Translations under genes and position numbers: made by a program | Shown here: positions 48,209-58,425 of the stretch, piece by piece | Layout of the letters: each line of letters opens with the position of its first letter | How positions within the stretch are numbered: the stretch's first letter is position 1 | Notes under the pieces: model-generated | What the model saw: the letters and a program-made list of their open reading frames with translations, nothing else | Told to the model about the DNA's origin: nothing | Databases searched by the model: none | Source: Alistipes sp. | GTDB lineage: Bacteria > Bacteroidota > Bacteroidia > Bacteroidales > Rikenellaceae | Assembly (NCBI GenBank): GCA_017398695.1 | Contig: JAFQFG010000193.1 | Span: 2,542-66,541 of the forward strand | Length of the DNA: 64,000 bases | Reading direction: 5' to 3'

Positions 48209-51200
48209 ATGCCTAAAAGACTCGACATTAAGAAAGTGATGGTGATAGGTTCGGGACCTATCGTTATCGGACAGGCAGCAGAGTTCGACTATGCCGGAAC
48301 CCAAGCGTGTCTGGCCCTCAAGGAGGAGGGCTATGAGGTTGTGTTGGTGAATTCCAACCCTGCAACCATTATGACCGACACCAATATTGCCGATAAGGTC
48401 TATATGGAGCCATTGACATTGGAGTACGTGGCGAAGATTATTCGCTATGAGCGACCCGATGCCATTGTGCCCGGACTCGGTGGCCAGACAGGTCTGAACC
48501 TGGCTGTGCAGCTTGCAAAGAAGGGTATCCTCAAGGAGTGTCAGGTGGAGATTCTCGGAACTTCGTTCGAGAGCATCGAGCGTGCCGAGGATCGTAAGCT
48601 CTTCAAGGAGCTGTGTGAGTCGCTCGGTGAGCCGGTTATCCCTTCGGAGATTGCCTGCACAATGGAGGATGGCTTGGCTGCAGCACAGCGTATCGGCTAT
48701 CCGGTGGTGTTGCGTCCGGCATTCACACTCGGTGGTACGGGTGGAGGCTTTGCCGATAACGAGGAGGAGTTCATCGAGACCATGCGCAACGCATTGACCC
48801 TTTCACCGGTGCATCAGGTGCTGGTCGAGAAGAGTGTGAAGGGCTACAAGGAGATTGAGTATGAGGTTATGCGCGACAGCCACGACACGGCTATCGCTAT
48901 CTGCTCGATGGAGAATATCGATCCGGTGGGTGTGCATACAGGCGACTCTATTGTGGTTGCTCCCCAGCAGACCCTTACCCCCGAGGAGGATAAGATGTTG
49001 CATGACAGTGCGCTGAAGATTATTCGCGAACTTCAGATCGAGGGAGGTTGCAATGTGCAATTTGCACTGCACCCGACAACCATGGAGTACTACCTCATCG
49101 AGGTTAACCCCCGTGTGTCGCGTTCGTCGGCTCTCGCATCGAAGGCGAGTGGTTTCCCTATTGCGCGAGTGACCGCAAAGATTGCTGTGGGTCTTACGCT
49201 TGATGAGATTTTGATTGGTAAGGTGCCGGCCAACTTCGAGCCCTCGCTCGATTATATTGTGCTGAAGGCTCCGCGATTCCCGTTTGATAAGTTTGCCGAT
49301 GCATCGAATACGCTCGGTACGCAGATGAAGGCTACCGGTGAGGTTATGAGTATCGGTCGCAATATCGAGGAGGCTCTGCTGAAGGCTGTGCGTTCGCTTG
49401 AAACAGGTGTTTGCCACATCTATCACAAGCGTTTTGAGTCGATGGCCGATGAGGAGATGCTTGAGTATGTAAAGGAGGGTACGGATGATCGTCTTTATGC
49501 AATTGCTCAGCTTATCCGCAATGGCGTATCGCTTGAGAAGATTTATGAAAAGACCAAGATAACAATCTTCTTCCTCGAGAAGTTCCGCAATGTGGTCGAG
49601 GTAGAGAGCGAATTGAAGGCCAACCCGCGTGATGCAGAGGTGCTGCGCCGTGCCAAGAAGTTGGGCTTTAGCGATAAGTACGTAGGCCAGTTGTGGGGTA
49701 TGGGCGAGGATGAGATGTATCGCCTGCGCGAGCAGCACGATATCTTCCCCGTGTATAGCATGATCGACACCTGTTCGGGACCCAATCGTGACTATGTGCC
49801 CTACTTCTATTCGACATACGAGGAGGGTCGCGTGGGCGAGTCGCGCATCAGCGACCGTAAGAAGATTATAGTTCTTGGCTCGGGTCCGATCCGTATCGGT
49901 CAGGGTGTGGAGTTTGACTACTCGACTGTTCATGCCATTTGGTCTATCCGCAATGTAGGCTACGAGGCTATCATCATCAATAACAACCCCGAGACCGTAT
50001 CGACGGACTACACTTGCAGCGATAAACTCTACTTCGAGCCACTGACAGTGGAGGATGTGATGAACGTAATTCGTCTGGAGCAGCCCGAGGGTGTAATAGT
50101 ATCGCTTGGAGGCCAGACGGCAATCAACCTTGCCGAGCCGTTGGCCGAGTTGGGTGTGCCCATCATCGGTACGGATGTGAATGCTATTCGCAATGCCGAG
50201 GATAGAGGCTGTTTCGAGCGTATCATGACCGAGCTGGGAATCCCACAGCCTACGGCCGAAGCTGTGACTACGGTTGAGGCGGGTGTTGCGGCTGCAACGC
50301 GCATCGGTTACCCCGTGCTGGTGCGTCCGAGTTATGTGTTGGGAGGTCGTGCAATGCAGATCGTAAGCAACGAGGATGCCCTGCGTCGCTATATGCGTAC
50401 GGCAGTGAAGGTTAATGAGAAGTCGCCGGTGCTGGTCGATAAGTATATCCAGGGCAAGGAGTTGGAGGTTGATGCTATCTGCGATGGTAAGCAGGTCTTT
50501 GTGCCGGGCATCATGGAGCACGTCGAGCGTACGGGTATCCACTCGGGCGACTCGATAAGCGTCTATCCTACATTCAGCGTTAGCGAGGCTGTGCGTGAGA
50601 AGATTTTGGACTACACTGTAAAACTCGGTCTGCGTATCGGTATCGTGGGTCTGTTCAATATCCAATTTATCTGCGACGACAAGGATGATGTATACGTCAT
50701 CGAGGTCAATCCCCGCTCGTCGCGTACCGTGCCGTTCCTTTCGAAGTCGACAGGAGTGTCGATGGCCGATATAGCTACTCGCGTAATGCTCGGTCAGTCG
50801 CTCAAGGAGCAGGGTATCGAGTCGGTATACCAGCCCGACCGCAAGCGTTGGTTTGTGAAGGCTCCGGCATTCTCGTTCTCGAAGATTCGCGGTATGGACT
50901 CCTACCTCTCTCCCGAGATGAAGTCGACGGGCGAGGCTATCGGCTACGACAACTCGCTCACACGCGCACTCTACAAGGCGTTGCAGTCGTCGGGTATGGA
51001 TGTGTCGAACTACGGAACCGTCTTCCTCACCATTGCCGATAAGGATAAGCCGGCAGCGTTGGAGATTGCCCGCAGATTCTACAACCTCGGATTCAATATC
51101 GAGGCTACGTCGGGAACGGCAGCCTACCTGCGCAAGCATGGCATCCGCACTCGTCTGCGCCGCAAGTTGAGCGAGGGAAGCAACGACATTATCGAGACTC

Positions 51201-51397
51201 TGCGTCAGGGTCACGTGACATACGTTATCAATACCATCGACCTCGACCAGCACAGCACACGTCTGGATGGCTATGAGATTCGTCGCACAGCAGTCGAGAA
51301 TAATGTAACCATATTTACCGCACTCGAAACCGTGCGAGTCCTGCTCGATGTTCTCGAGGAGATTACGCTCGGAATTTCGACCATTGATGCAGAGTAG
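48209..51397 (+). CDS. carB: Carbamoyl-phosphate synthase large subunit
   Basis: [30 protein letters not shown], second half [18 protein letters not shown] domain. Confidence 0.97.
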   Translation: MPKRLDIKKVMVIGSGPIVIGQAAEFDYAGTQACLALKEEGYEVVLVNSNPATIMTDTNIADKVYMEPLTLEYVAKIIRYERPDAIVPGLGGQTGLNLAVQLAKKGILKECQVEILGTSFESIERAEDRKLFKELCESLGEPVIPSEIACTMEDGLAAAQRIGYPVVLRPAFTLGGTGGGFADNEEEFIETMRNALTLSPVHQVLVEKSVKGYKEIEYEVMRDSHDTAIAICSMENIDPVGVHTGDSIVVAPQQTLTPEEDKMLHDSALKIIRELQIEGGCNVQFALHPTTMEYYLIEVNPRVSRSSALASKASGFPIARVTAKIAVGLTLDEILIGKVPANFEPSLDYIVLKAPRFPFDKFADASNTLGTQMKATGEVMSIGRNIEEALLKAVRSLETGVCHIYHKRFESMADEEMLEYVKEGTDDRLYAIAQLIRNGVSLEKIYEKTKITIFFLEKFRNVVEVESELKANPRDAEVLRRAKKLGFSDKYVGQLWGMGEDEMYRLREQHDIFPVYSMIDTCSGPNRDYVPYFYSTYEEGRVGESRISDRKKIIVLGSGPIRIGQGVEFDYSTVHAIWSIRNVGYEAIIINNNPETVSTDYTCSDKLYFEPLTVEDVMNVIRLEQPEGVIVSLGGQTAINLAEPLAELGVPIIGTDVNAIRNAEDRGCFERIMTELGIPQPTAEAVTTVEAGVAAATRIGYPVLVRPSYVLGGRAMQIVSNEDALRRYMRTAVKVNEKSPVLVDKYIQGKELEVDAICDGKQVFVPGIMEHVERTGIHSGDSISVYPTFSVSEAVREKILDYTVKLGLRIGIVGLFNIQFICDDKDDVYVIEVNPRSSRTVPFLSKSTGVSMADIATRVMLGQSLKEQGIESVYQPDRKRWFVKAPAFSFSKIRGMDSYLSPEMKSTGEAIGYDNSLTRALYKALQSSGMDVSNYGTVFLTIADKDKPAALEIARRFYNLGFNIEATSGTAAYLRKHGIRTRLRRKLSEGSNDIIETLRQGHVTYVINTIDLDQHSTRLDGYEIRRTAVENNVTIFTALETVRVLLDVLEEITLGISTIDAE

Positions 51398-51401
51398 AGT
51401 A

Positions 51402-52136
51402 ATGTACAAGAAGGGAATATACGAAATTGTAAGCAATCGACCGCTGACCGACAGTGTCTGGCAAATGGTGCTCGCGGGCGACACCCAATATCTGACCGCT
51501 CCGGGTCAGTTTGTCAATATCGCCATCGAGGGATGTTATCTGCGTCGTCCTATCTCGGTCTGCGACTACAACGAGAATAGCATCACGCTGATTTACAAGG
51601 TCGTGGGTCGTGGAACCGAGATTATGAGCCGTATGCAGGCCGGCGAGAAGTTGGATGTATTGACGGGTCTGGGTAATGGATTTTCGTTGTCGGCAGCAAC
51701 GGAGCGTCCTCTGCTGGTGGGCGGTGGTGTAGGTGTTCCGCCTCTCTATAATCTTGCCCGCAAGCTGAAGGCGGCAGGCAAGAGGGTACAGGTTGTGCTG
51801 GGATTTAATCGTGCCGATGAGATATTCTATGCCGATGAGTTTGAGGCATTGGGTGTCGAGGTGCATATAGCCACTGTTGACGGCTCGGTGGGAGTCAAGG
51901 GCTTCGTTACGGATGCGATGAAGGCGTTGGAGTTTGACTACATCTACACTTGCGGGCCGCTGCCGATGCTCAAGGCGATATACAATGCTTCGGAGTGTGA
52001 TGGCGAGTTTAGCTTCGAGGAGCGTATGGGCTGCGGATTTGGAGCTTGCATGGGCTGCTCGTGCCAGACAACCAAGGGGAGTAAACGTATTTGTAAGGAG
52101 GGTCCCGTGTTGAAGCGTGACGAGATAATTTTTTAA
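51402..52136 (+). CDS. pyrK: Dihydroorotate dehydrogenase electron transfer subunit
   Basis: PGQFV, RRPIS, GGGVG, CGP, MGCGFGACMGC 2Fe-2S motif. Confidence 0.92.
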   Translation: MYKKGIYEIVSNRPLTDSVWQMVLAGDTQYLTAPGQFVNIAIEGCYLRRPISVCDYNENSITLIYKVVGRGTEIMSRMQAGEKLDVLTGLGNGFSLSAATERPLLVGGGVGVPPLYNLARKLKAAGKRVQVVLGFNRADEIFYADEFEALGVEVHIATVDGSVGVKGFVTDAMKALEFDYIYTCGPLPMLKAIYNASECDGEFSFEERMGCGFGACMGCSCQTTKGSKRICKEGPVLKRDEIIF

Positions 52137-52139
52137 GCT

Positions 52140-53051
52140 ATGAGGGATACATCGGTAGTATTGAGCGGACTCAGACTGGACAATCCGGTAATTCCCGCGA
52201 GTGGTACGTTCGGCTATGGTGCCGACTTCCGCGAATTTTATGATATCAACTGCCTTGGCTCGTTCTCGTTTAAGGGAACCACAAAGGAGCCGCGCTTCGG
52301 TAATCCCACACCGCGTATTGCAGAGTGTGAGAGCGGACTTATCAACGCTGTGGGACTGCAAAACCCGGGTATCGATGCCGTGATAGGCGAGGAGTTGCCC
52401 CGCTTGAAGGAGTTTTTCCATAAGCCTGTGATTGCCAACATTTCGGGATTCTCGATTGACGAGTATCGCTACTGCTGCGAACGCATCGACCGCGAGGAGC
52501 AGGTGGGTATCATCGAGGTAAATGTGAGCTGCCCCAATGTGCGCCATGGAGGCATGTCGTTCGGAACATCGCCTGAGGCTGCTGCGGAGGTGACTCGTGC
52601 CGTCAAGGAGGTAACGACCAAGCCGGTATATATCAAGTTGAGCCCCAACGTGACGGATATCGTCGCCATAGCCAAGGCGTGTGAGGAGGCTGGAGCTGAT
52701 GGCCTCTGCCTGATCAATACGCTGCTCGGTATGCGTATCGACACGGTGCGTCGTCGTGCGGTTATAGCCAATAAGATGGGTGGATTTTCGGGCGATGCGG
52801 TATTTCCGGTGGCGGTGAGAATGGTCTATCAGGTGTCGAAGGCGTGCTCGGTGCCGGTCATCGGCTGCGGAGGCGTAAGTTCGGCTCGCGATGTGATTGA
52901 GATGATGATGACCGGAGCTACGGCTGTTGAGGTTGGTACGGCAAACCTGCGCAACCCCTACGCTTGCAAGGAGATTGTGGAGACTCTGCCCGTGGAGATG
53001 GAGCGACTCGGCATAGAGAAACTATCGGACATTATCGGAATTGTAGAATAA
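52140..53051 (+). CDS. pyrD: Dihydroorotate dehydrogenase class 1B catalytic subunit
   Basis: ASGTFG, NVSCPN, KLSPN, INTL. Confidence 0.95.
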   Translation: MRDTSVVLSGLRLDNPVIPASGTFGYGADFREFYDINCLGSFSFKGTTKEPRFGNPTPRIAECESGLINAVGLQNPGIDAVIGEELPRLKEFFHKPVIANISGFSIDEYRYCCERIDREEQVGIIEVNVSCPNVRHGGMSFGTSPEAAAEVTRAVKEVTTKPVYIKLSPNVTDIVAIAKACEEAGADGLCLINTLLGMRIDTVRRRAVIANKMGGFSGDAVFPVAVRMVYQVSKACSVPVIGCGGVSSARDVIEMMMTGATAVEVGTANLRNPYACKEIVETLPVEMERLGIEKLSDIIGIVE

Positions 53052-53070
53052 ATCGAATAACAGATATAAC

Positions 53071-53778
53071 ATGAAGAAGAGAGATGTAATCATTGCTTGC
53101 GACTTTGCAAGTGCCGAGCAGACGCTCGCATTCCTCGACCGTTTTGAGGAGGAGAAGCCATTTGTAAAAATCGGCATGGAGTTGTTCTATGCTGCAGGTG
53201 CGCCCATTGTGCGCGAAATCAAGCGTCGCGGACACAAGATTTTCCTCGACCTGAAGTTGCACGATATTCCTAACACGGTGAAGAAGGCAATGGCTGTATT
53301 GTCGAATCTGGATGTCGATATGTGTAACGTACATGCGGCCGGTACTGTTGAGATGATGCGTTACGCCATCGAGGGCTTGACTCGTGCCGACGGAACACGT
53401 CCGCTGCTTATCGCTGTGACCCAGCTTACTTCGACCAGCGAGGAGCGTATGCAGAAGGAGTTACTTATCGATGCGACAATCAACGATTGCATCGTAAAGT
53501 ATGCACAGAATACCAAAGAGGCCGGTCTGGATGGTGTGGTTTGCTCTCCGTTAGAGGCTCGTATGGTGAAGGATGCCTGTGGCGAGGAGTTCTTGACGAT
53601 CACTCCTGGTGTTCGCTTTGCTGATGGTGAAAAGGCTGACCAGGTGAGAGTTACAACACCGGCACGTGCACGAGAGATTGGCTCGGACTATATCGTTGTC
53701 GGCCGTCCTATCACGGCTGCCGATGATCCCGTAGCGGCATATCGTCGTTGTGTGGCGGAGTTTGTGGGTGAGGAGTAA
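53071..53778 (+). CDS. pyrF: Orotidine 5'-phosphate decarboxylase (short Bacillus/E. coli type)
   Basis: [39 protein letters not shown]. Confidence 0.95.
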   Translation: MKKRDVIIACDFASAEQTLAFLDRFEEEKPFVKIGMELFYAAGAPIVREIKRRGHKIFLDLKLHDIPNTVKKAMAVLSNLDVDMCNVHAAGTVEMMRYAIEGLTRADGTRPLLIAVTQLTSTSEERMQKELLIDATINDCIVKYAQNTKEAGLDGVVCSPLEARMVKDACGEEFLTITPGVRFADGEKADQVRVTTPARAREIGSDYIVVGRPITAADDPVAAYRRCVAEFVGEE

Positions 53779-53849
53779 ATCTCCGAGTTGCGTGGCAGAG
53801 ATATTGCACGTGACCAATGATAGTTATTCACACCTAAAATATATGAAAG

Positions 53850-54110
53850 ATGAAAAATGTAAAATTGTTCTACTTGCGTGAGTGCCCCTTCTGCAAGAAG
53901 GCGTTGCGCTACATCGACGAGCTGAAGGCGAAGCATCCCGAATTGCGCGATGTCGATATCGAGATGATCGAGGAGTCCGAAGAGCCAGATGTGGCTAACA
54001 AGTACGATTACCACTATGTGCCCACTTTCTATATTAATGAAATTAAGGTTCATGAGGGAGGTATTTATGAGGATGAGGTGGAGCAAGTTTTGCGTAAAGC
54101 ACTTAAATAG
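53850..54110 (+). CDS. Glutaredoxin/thioredoxin-like protein
   Basis: CPFC active site, YVPTF cis-Pro loop, 86 aa. Confidence 0.8.
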   Translation: MKNVKLFYLRECPFCKKALRYIDELKAKHPELRDVDIEMIEESEEPDVANKYDYHYVPTFYINEIKVHEGGIYEDEVEQVLRKALK

Positions 54111-54141
54111 AGTATAAACAATAATGAAATAACCCGAAACT

Positions 54142-54774
54142 ATGAAAAAACTAATAGCTAAAGACCTGCTCTCGATTGGAGCGGTATTTCTTCGCCCCGA
54201 GCAACCGTTTACCTGGGCAAGCGGTATCAAAAGCCCGATATATTGCGATAACCGATTGACACTGTCTGATACGAAGGTTCGTGCCAATGTCGAGAACGGC
54301 CTTGCCGAGATCGTTCGCGCTCACTATCCCGAGGCTGAGGTGTTGATGGGTACAAGTACTGCCGGCATTGCTCACGCAGCTATTACGGCAACGATTCTCG
54401 ATCTGCCGATGGGTTACGTTCGTAGTGGTGCGAAGGATCACGGCCGTACCAACCGCATCGAGGGTCGCCTTGAGAAGGGTCAGAAGGTGGTGGTTATCGA
54501 GGATTTGATCTCGACCGGTGGCAGCTGTATTGAGGTTGTCGAGGCTCTGCGCGAGGCCGGTGCCGATGTGCTGGGTGTAGCGAGCATCTTCACCTATGGT
54601 ATGAAACGCGGCTTGGAGCGTCTGGAGGCTGCTAATGTGAAGAATGTGTCGCTTTCGGACCTCGACACTCTCGTTGAGGTTGCAGCCGAAGAGGGTTACA
54701 TCAAGCCCGAGGATAAGGCTCGCCTGATCGCCTTCCGCAACAACCCTTCGGACGAATCGTGGATTCAGAAGTAG
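54142..54774 (+). CDS. pyrE: Orotate phosphoribosyltransferase
   Basis: [31 protein letters not shown]. Confidence 0.96.
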   Translation: MKKLIAKDLLSIGAVFLRPEQPFTWASGIKSPIYCDNRLTLSDTKVRANVENGLAEIVRAHYPEAEVLMGTSTAGIAHAAITATILDLPMGYVRSGAKDHGRTNRIEGRLEKGQKVVVIEDLISTGGSCIEVVEALREAGADVLGVASIFTYGMKRGLERLEAANVKNVSLSDLDTLVEVAAEEGYIKPEDKARLIAFRNNPSDESWIQK

Positions 54775-54800
54775 TATTATAAAACTCAAAACCGAAAATT

Positions 54801-55883
54801 ATGAAGCACCTGATTGATACCACCGACTTGTCGGTACAGGAAGTGCAGGAGATTATCGACCTGGCTCTCGATATCATCGCTAATCGCGAGAAGTACCGCT
54901 CGGTATGTAGCGGCAAGAAGCTCGCAACCCTATTTTATGAGCCGAGCACCCGTACCCGTTTGAGTTTTACATCGGCAATGATGGAGCTTGGCGGTAATGT
55001 TATCGGTTTCTCGGATGCGGCATCATCTTCGGTATCGAAGGGTGAGACCGTGGCCGATACGGTGCGCGTTATCAGCTGCTTTGCCGACATTATTGCGATG
55101 CGCCACTTCAAGGAGGGTGCTCCGCTGGTGGCTTCGCAGTACGCCTCGATTCCGATTATCAATGCCGGTGACGGTAGCCATGCCCATCCGACACAGACGC
55201 TTACCGACTTGCTGACGATTCGCCGTGAGTTGGGTCGTCTGGACAATCTGACCATCGGATTCTGTGGTGACCTGAAGTTCGGACGAACGGTCCACTCGCT
55301 CATCAAGGCATTGGCTCGCCAGACCGGCATCAAGGTTGTGCTGATTGCGCCTGATGAGTTGCGTCTGCCGACATATCTGCGCGAAGAGGTGTGCGACCGT
55401 AATGGCATTCCGACCCGCGAGGTGAAGACCATGGAGGAGGTTATGCCCGAGTTGGATATTCTCTATATGACCCGTGTACAGCAGGAGCGTTTCCTCGATC
55501 GCGATGAGTTTGAGCGTCTGCGCGACAGCTTTATTCTGACACCCGAGAAACTCGCCACAGCCAAGAAGGATATGATTATCCTCCACCCGCTGCCACGTGT
55601 TAACGAGATTGTACGTGCAGTGGATAATGACCCCCGTGCAGCATACTTCCGTCAGGTAGAGAATGGTAAGTTCGTGCGCATGGCGCTTATCTGCAAGCTG
55701 CTCGAGTGGTCGCCCGAGCGTCCTGCGACTCCGACACCGCGCTTTGCCGAGGAGTATATCGTGAACGAGCATACTTGCACCAATCGCAACTGCATCTCGA
55801 CAACCGAGGATGTCGATACGCTCTTCCACCGTGCGGAGGATGGATCGTGCCGATGTGCATATTGCGAGTCGAAGGCTAAATAG
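54801..55883 (+). CDS. pyrB: Aspartate carbamoyltransferase with a C-terminal PyrI-type Zn-binding domain
   Basis: [25 protein letters not shown]; tail CTNRNCIS...CAYCE. Confidence 0.93.
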   Translation: MKHLIDTTDLSVQEVQEIIDLALDIIANREKYRSVCSGKKLATLFYEPSTRTRLSFTSAMMELGGNVIGFSDAASSSVSKGETVADTVRVISCFADIIAMRHFKEGAPLVASQYASIPIINAGDGSHAHPTQTLTDLLTIRRELGRLDNLTIGFCGDLKFGRTVHSLIKALARQTGIKVVLIAPDELRLPTYLREEVCDRNGIPTREVKTMEEVMPELDILYMTRVQQERFLDRDEFERLRDSFILTPEKLATAKKDMIILHPLPRVNEIVRAVDNDPRAAYFRQVENGKFVRMALICKLLEWSPERPATPTPRFAEEYIVNEHTCTNRNCISTTEDVDTLFHRAEDGSCRCAYCESKAK

Positions 55884-55920
55884 GTGTAGAGGGCATTCGA
55901 CCTGTTCTACTGCAATTAAC

Positions 55921-55957
55921 CAATAAGGGCTGTCCAACAATTGGACAGCCCTTATTG
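55921..55957. terminator. Bidirectional terminator between pyrB and fba
   Basis: Perfect 17-bp inverted repeat CAATAAGGGCTGTCCAA/TTGGACAGCCCTTATTG. Confidence 0.8.
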
Positions 55958-55978
55958 TCTTAGCAAAGTGGTTCTTGA

Positions 55979-56980
55979 TTACTCAGCCTTACCGTCCGAG
56001 CCGAGAACCTCCTTAATCTTGTGGATGTACTGCTTCTTCATGTTCTCGCGAGCAGGACCCAGATACTTGCGGGGGTCGAACTCTGCGGGGCTGGTAGCAA
56101 ATACCTCACGGATTGCTGCAGTCATAGCCAAACGCGAGTCAGAGTCGATGTTGATCTTGCAAACTGCGCTCTTCGCAGCCTTACGCAACTGCTCCTCGGG
56201 AATACCTACGGCAGCCTTCAATGCACCACCATACTTGTTGATAGTCTCAACCTCCTCCTGGGGAACCGACGACGAACCGTGAAGAACGATGGGGAAGCCG
56301 GGAAGCTCCTTCTCGATCTCAGCGAGAATGTCGAATGCCAAGGGGGGAGGTACCAAACGACCGGTCTGGGGATCTACGGTGCACTGCTCGGGAGTGAACT
56401 TGTAAGCACCGTGCGAAGTACCAATCGAGATAGCCAACGAATCAACACCGGTCTTGGTTACGAAGTCAACAACCTCCTCGGGCTTTGTATAGTGGCTCTC
56501 TGCTGCCGAAACCTCATCCTCAACACCTGCCAATACGCCGAGCTCACCCTCAACGGTTACGTCGAACTGGTGAGCGTACTCTACAACCTTCTTGGTGAGA
56601 GCTACGTTCTCCTCATAGGGAAGGTGCGAACCGTCGATCATCACCGACGAGAAGCCCATGTCAACACACGACTTGCAAGTCTCGAACGAATCACCGTGGT
56701 CGAGGTGAAGAACGATCTGGGGCTGTGCCCAACCGAGCTCCTTCGCGTACTCAACAGCACCCTCTGCCATGTAGCGGAGCAGGGTCTGGTTTGCATAGTT
56801 ACGTGCACCCTTCGAAACCTGAAGAATCACGGGCGACTTGGTCTCTGCCGAAGCCATGATGATTGCCTGCAACTGCTCCATGTTGTTGAAGTTGAATGCA
56901 GGGATAGCGTAACCGCCTTTAACTGCCTTTGCAAACATCTCACGGGTGTTTACAAGACCTAACTCTTTGTAAGAAATCAT
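55979..56980 (-). CDS. fba: Class II fructose-bisphosphate aldolase
   Basis: HLDHG, MIDGS, EGELG, GTSHGAYK, VLHGSS, KINIDSD; promoter TATCTTTG at 57035-57042. Confidence 0.95.
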   Translation of the reverse strand: MISYKELGLVNTREMFAKAVKGGYAIPAFNFNNMEQLQAIIMASAETKSPVILQVSKGARNYANQTLLRYMAEGAVEYAKELGWAQPQIVLHLDHGDSFETCKSCVDMGFSSVMIDGSHLPYEENVALTKKVVEYAHQFDVTVEGELGVLAGVEDEVSAAESHYTKPEEVVDFVTKTGVDSLAISIGTSHGAYKFTPEQCTVDPQTGRLVPPPLAFDILAEIEKELPGFPIVLHGSSSVPQEEVETINKYGGALKAAVGIPEEQLRKAAKSAVCKINIDSDSRLAMTAAIREVFATSPAEFDPRKYLGPARENMKKQYIHKIKEVLGSDGKAE

Positions 56981-57174
56981 AACTTTTTTGTTTTTATAGT
57001 GTTATCAAAAAATATGCTATAACCTAAATCGGCGCAAAGATACTAATTTTTTGGAAATTTATTACATCTCGACCATTTAACTCTTTGCTCGTTGGTGATT
57101 TCGTCCCAAAATCGACCAAATAAAACCGACCAACATCGCAACATTTGGTGCCGTCGGCTGAATGTCCAAAGGTT

Positions 57175-58368
57175 TTAGTACTTATTCAGCTTGAACGATA
57201 CTACGGGCGACTTATCCTTGCCGTAGAACATATTGGTAACCGTGATGTCGAGCTCCTTTGTACCCTTTTTTACATTCAGAAGCGCAGATGACTGACCAAA
57301 TACGGCACCCTCCTTCTTGCCCTCCCAGCGGAGTGAGTAGGGCAGCGACGAGTGGTTGGTGATACGCACCTTCCAGCGCTTCGAATCCTCGCCTACAACC
57401 TCAACTGTTACACTCTCCTTGAAGAGCTCCGAGAGAAGCTTCTCCTGACCGATTAACATATTTGCCTGATAGGCGATTGTACGGCCGGCCTTGAGTGCCT
57501 CGTGAATCGACTTCTCATCGCAACGCTTTGCGAGAATGAGTGTCATATTGCGGAAATAATCCTTGCCTGCATTGGGGAAGCGCAAAGCAATAAGATTGTG
57601 GGCGTCAGAGTTCGAAAACGGAGTATATCCACCCTCGATGCAGTAGTCGAAGAGTCGGTCATAGAAGTTGTAGCTGTTAATCACCTCGATACCGTCAATG
57701 AGCCCCTTGGCGTAGAAATCCTCGCAGTGAGGGGGCATTGTGCTCTTAGTCTTCTTGCTGAACTGCGGGTGGTTATGGATGATGAAGGCACCCTGCTCGC
57801 GAGCGTTGCGGATTGTGGTCTCGAGGTTGGGGCTGTAGAGGGCGTTGTTATCCTTGGTGAAGAGAGCGTTGTAGTCGCCCAACTTACCACGGGTAATCTC
57901 CACACCGCGAACCACCATCAGACCTAACTCGTCACCCTTAGCCTTTGCACTCTCGTAACTCACGTTGAAGTCCACAAGCAGACCACGCTCATCAGGATCA
58001 GTATTGAGCACGTTGGTATTGACCGCTTTAGGCTCGTTGCGCAACTCGGGGCGGATATAATCCTTCATATAGCGGAACATCTCGCGCTCGAGACGACGAT
58101 ACTCCATGTGGTCGGTAATCGAGATGATATCAAGGCCATCAAACCAAGCCTCGTTCACACGCATTGCAGGTGTGATATCTCCATCCGAGTAGATTGAGTG
58201 GAGGTGGAAATCGGCCTTGTAGATATTGTATCCCATCACCTTTGGCAGGATAATCTCGGTGCGTTGAGTGTGGTTATTGTCGAAAACTTTACGCACGGCA
58301 CTGAGTTGTGCCGAAGCCGAAACCGCTGTTGCAAGCAGAGCAATAATCATCAGGTTTAATCTTTTCAT
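57175..58368 (-). CDS. Secreted PHP-domain phosphoesterase, paralog of 39575-40786
   Basis: Signal peptide; DFHLHSIYSDG, ITDH, NHP, NSDAH. Confidence 0.8.
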   Translation of the reverse strand: MKRLNLMIIALLATAVSASAQLSAVRKVFDNNHTQRTEIILPKVMGYNIYKADFHLHSIYSDGDITPAMRVNEAWFDGLDIISITDHMEYRRLEREMFRYMKDYIRPELRNEPKAVNTNVLNTDPDERGLLVDFNVSYESAKAKGDELGLMVVRGVEITRGKLGDYNALFTKDNNALYSPNLETTIRNAREQGAFIIHNHPQFSKKTKSTMPPHCEDFYAKGLIDGIEVINSYNFYDRLFDYCIEGGYTPFSNSDAHNLIALRFPNAGKDYFRNMTLILAKRCDEKSIHEALKAGRTIAYQANMLIGQEKLLSELFKESVTVEVVGEDSKRWKVRITNHSSLPYSLRWEGKKEGAVFGQSSALLNVKKGTKELDITVTNMFYGKDKSPVVSFKLNKY

Positions 58369-58425
58369 AATATTGTGGTTTTTAGGTTGTTAGTTAAAAA
58401 ATATTCGGGGTTTAGTAAACTCTAT

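Noticed and set aside
48803-51484. 893-aa antisense ORF opposite carB
   Set aside because: Same shadow effect; fully nested and no recognisable domain.
25939-55957. Shared AGGGCTGTC/GACAGCCCT stems in two terminators (25939 and 55926)
   Set aside because: A 9-bp similarity in generic terminator stems is too short to call a repeat family.
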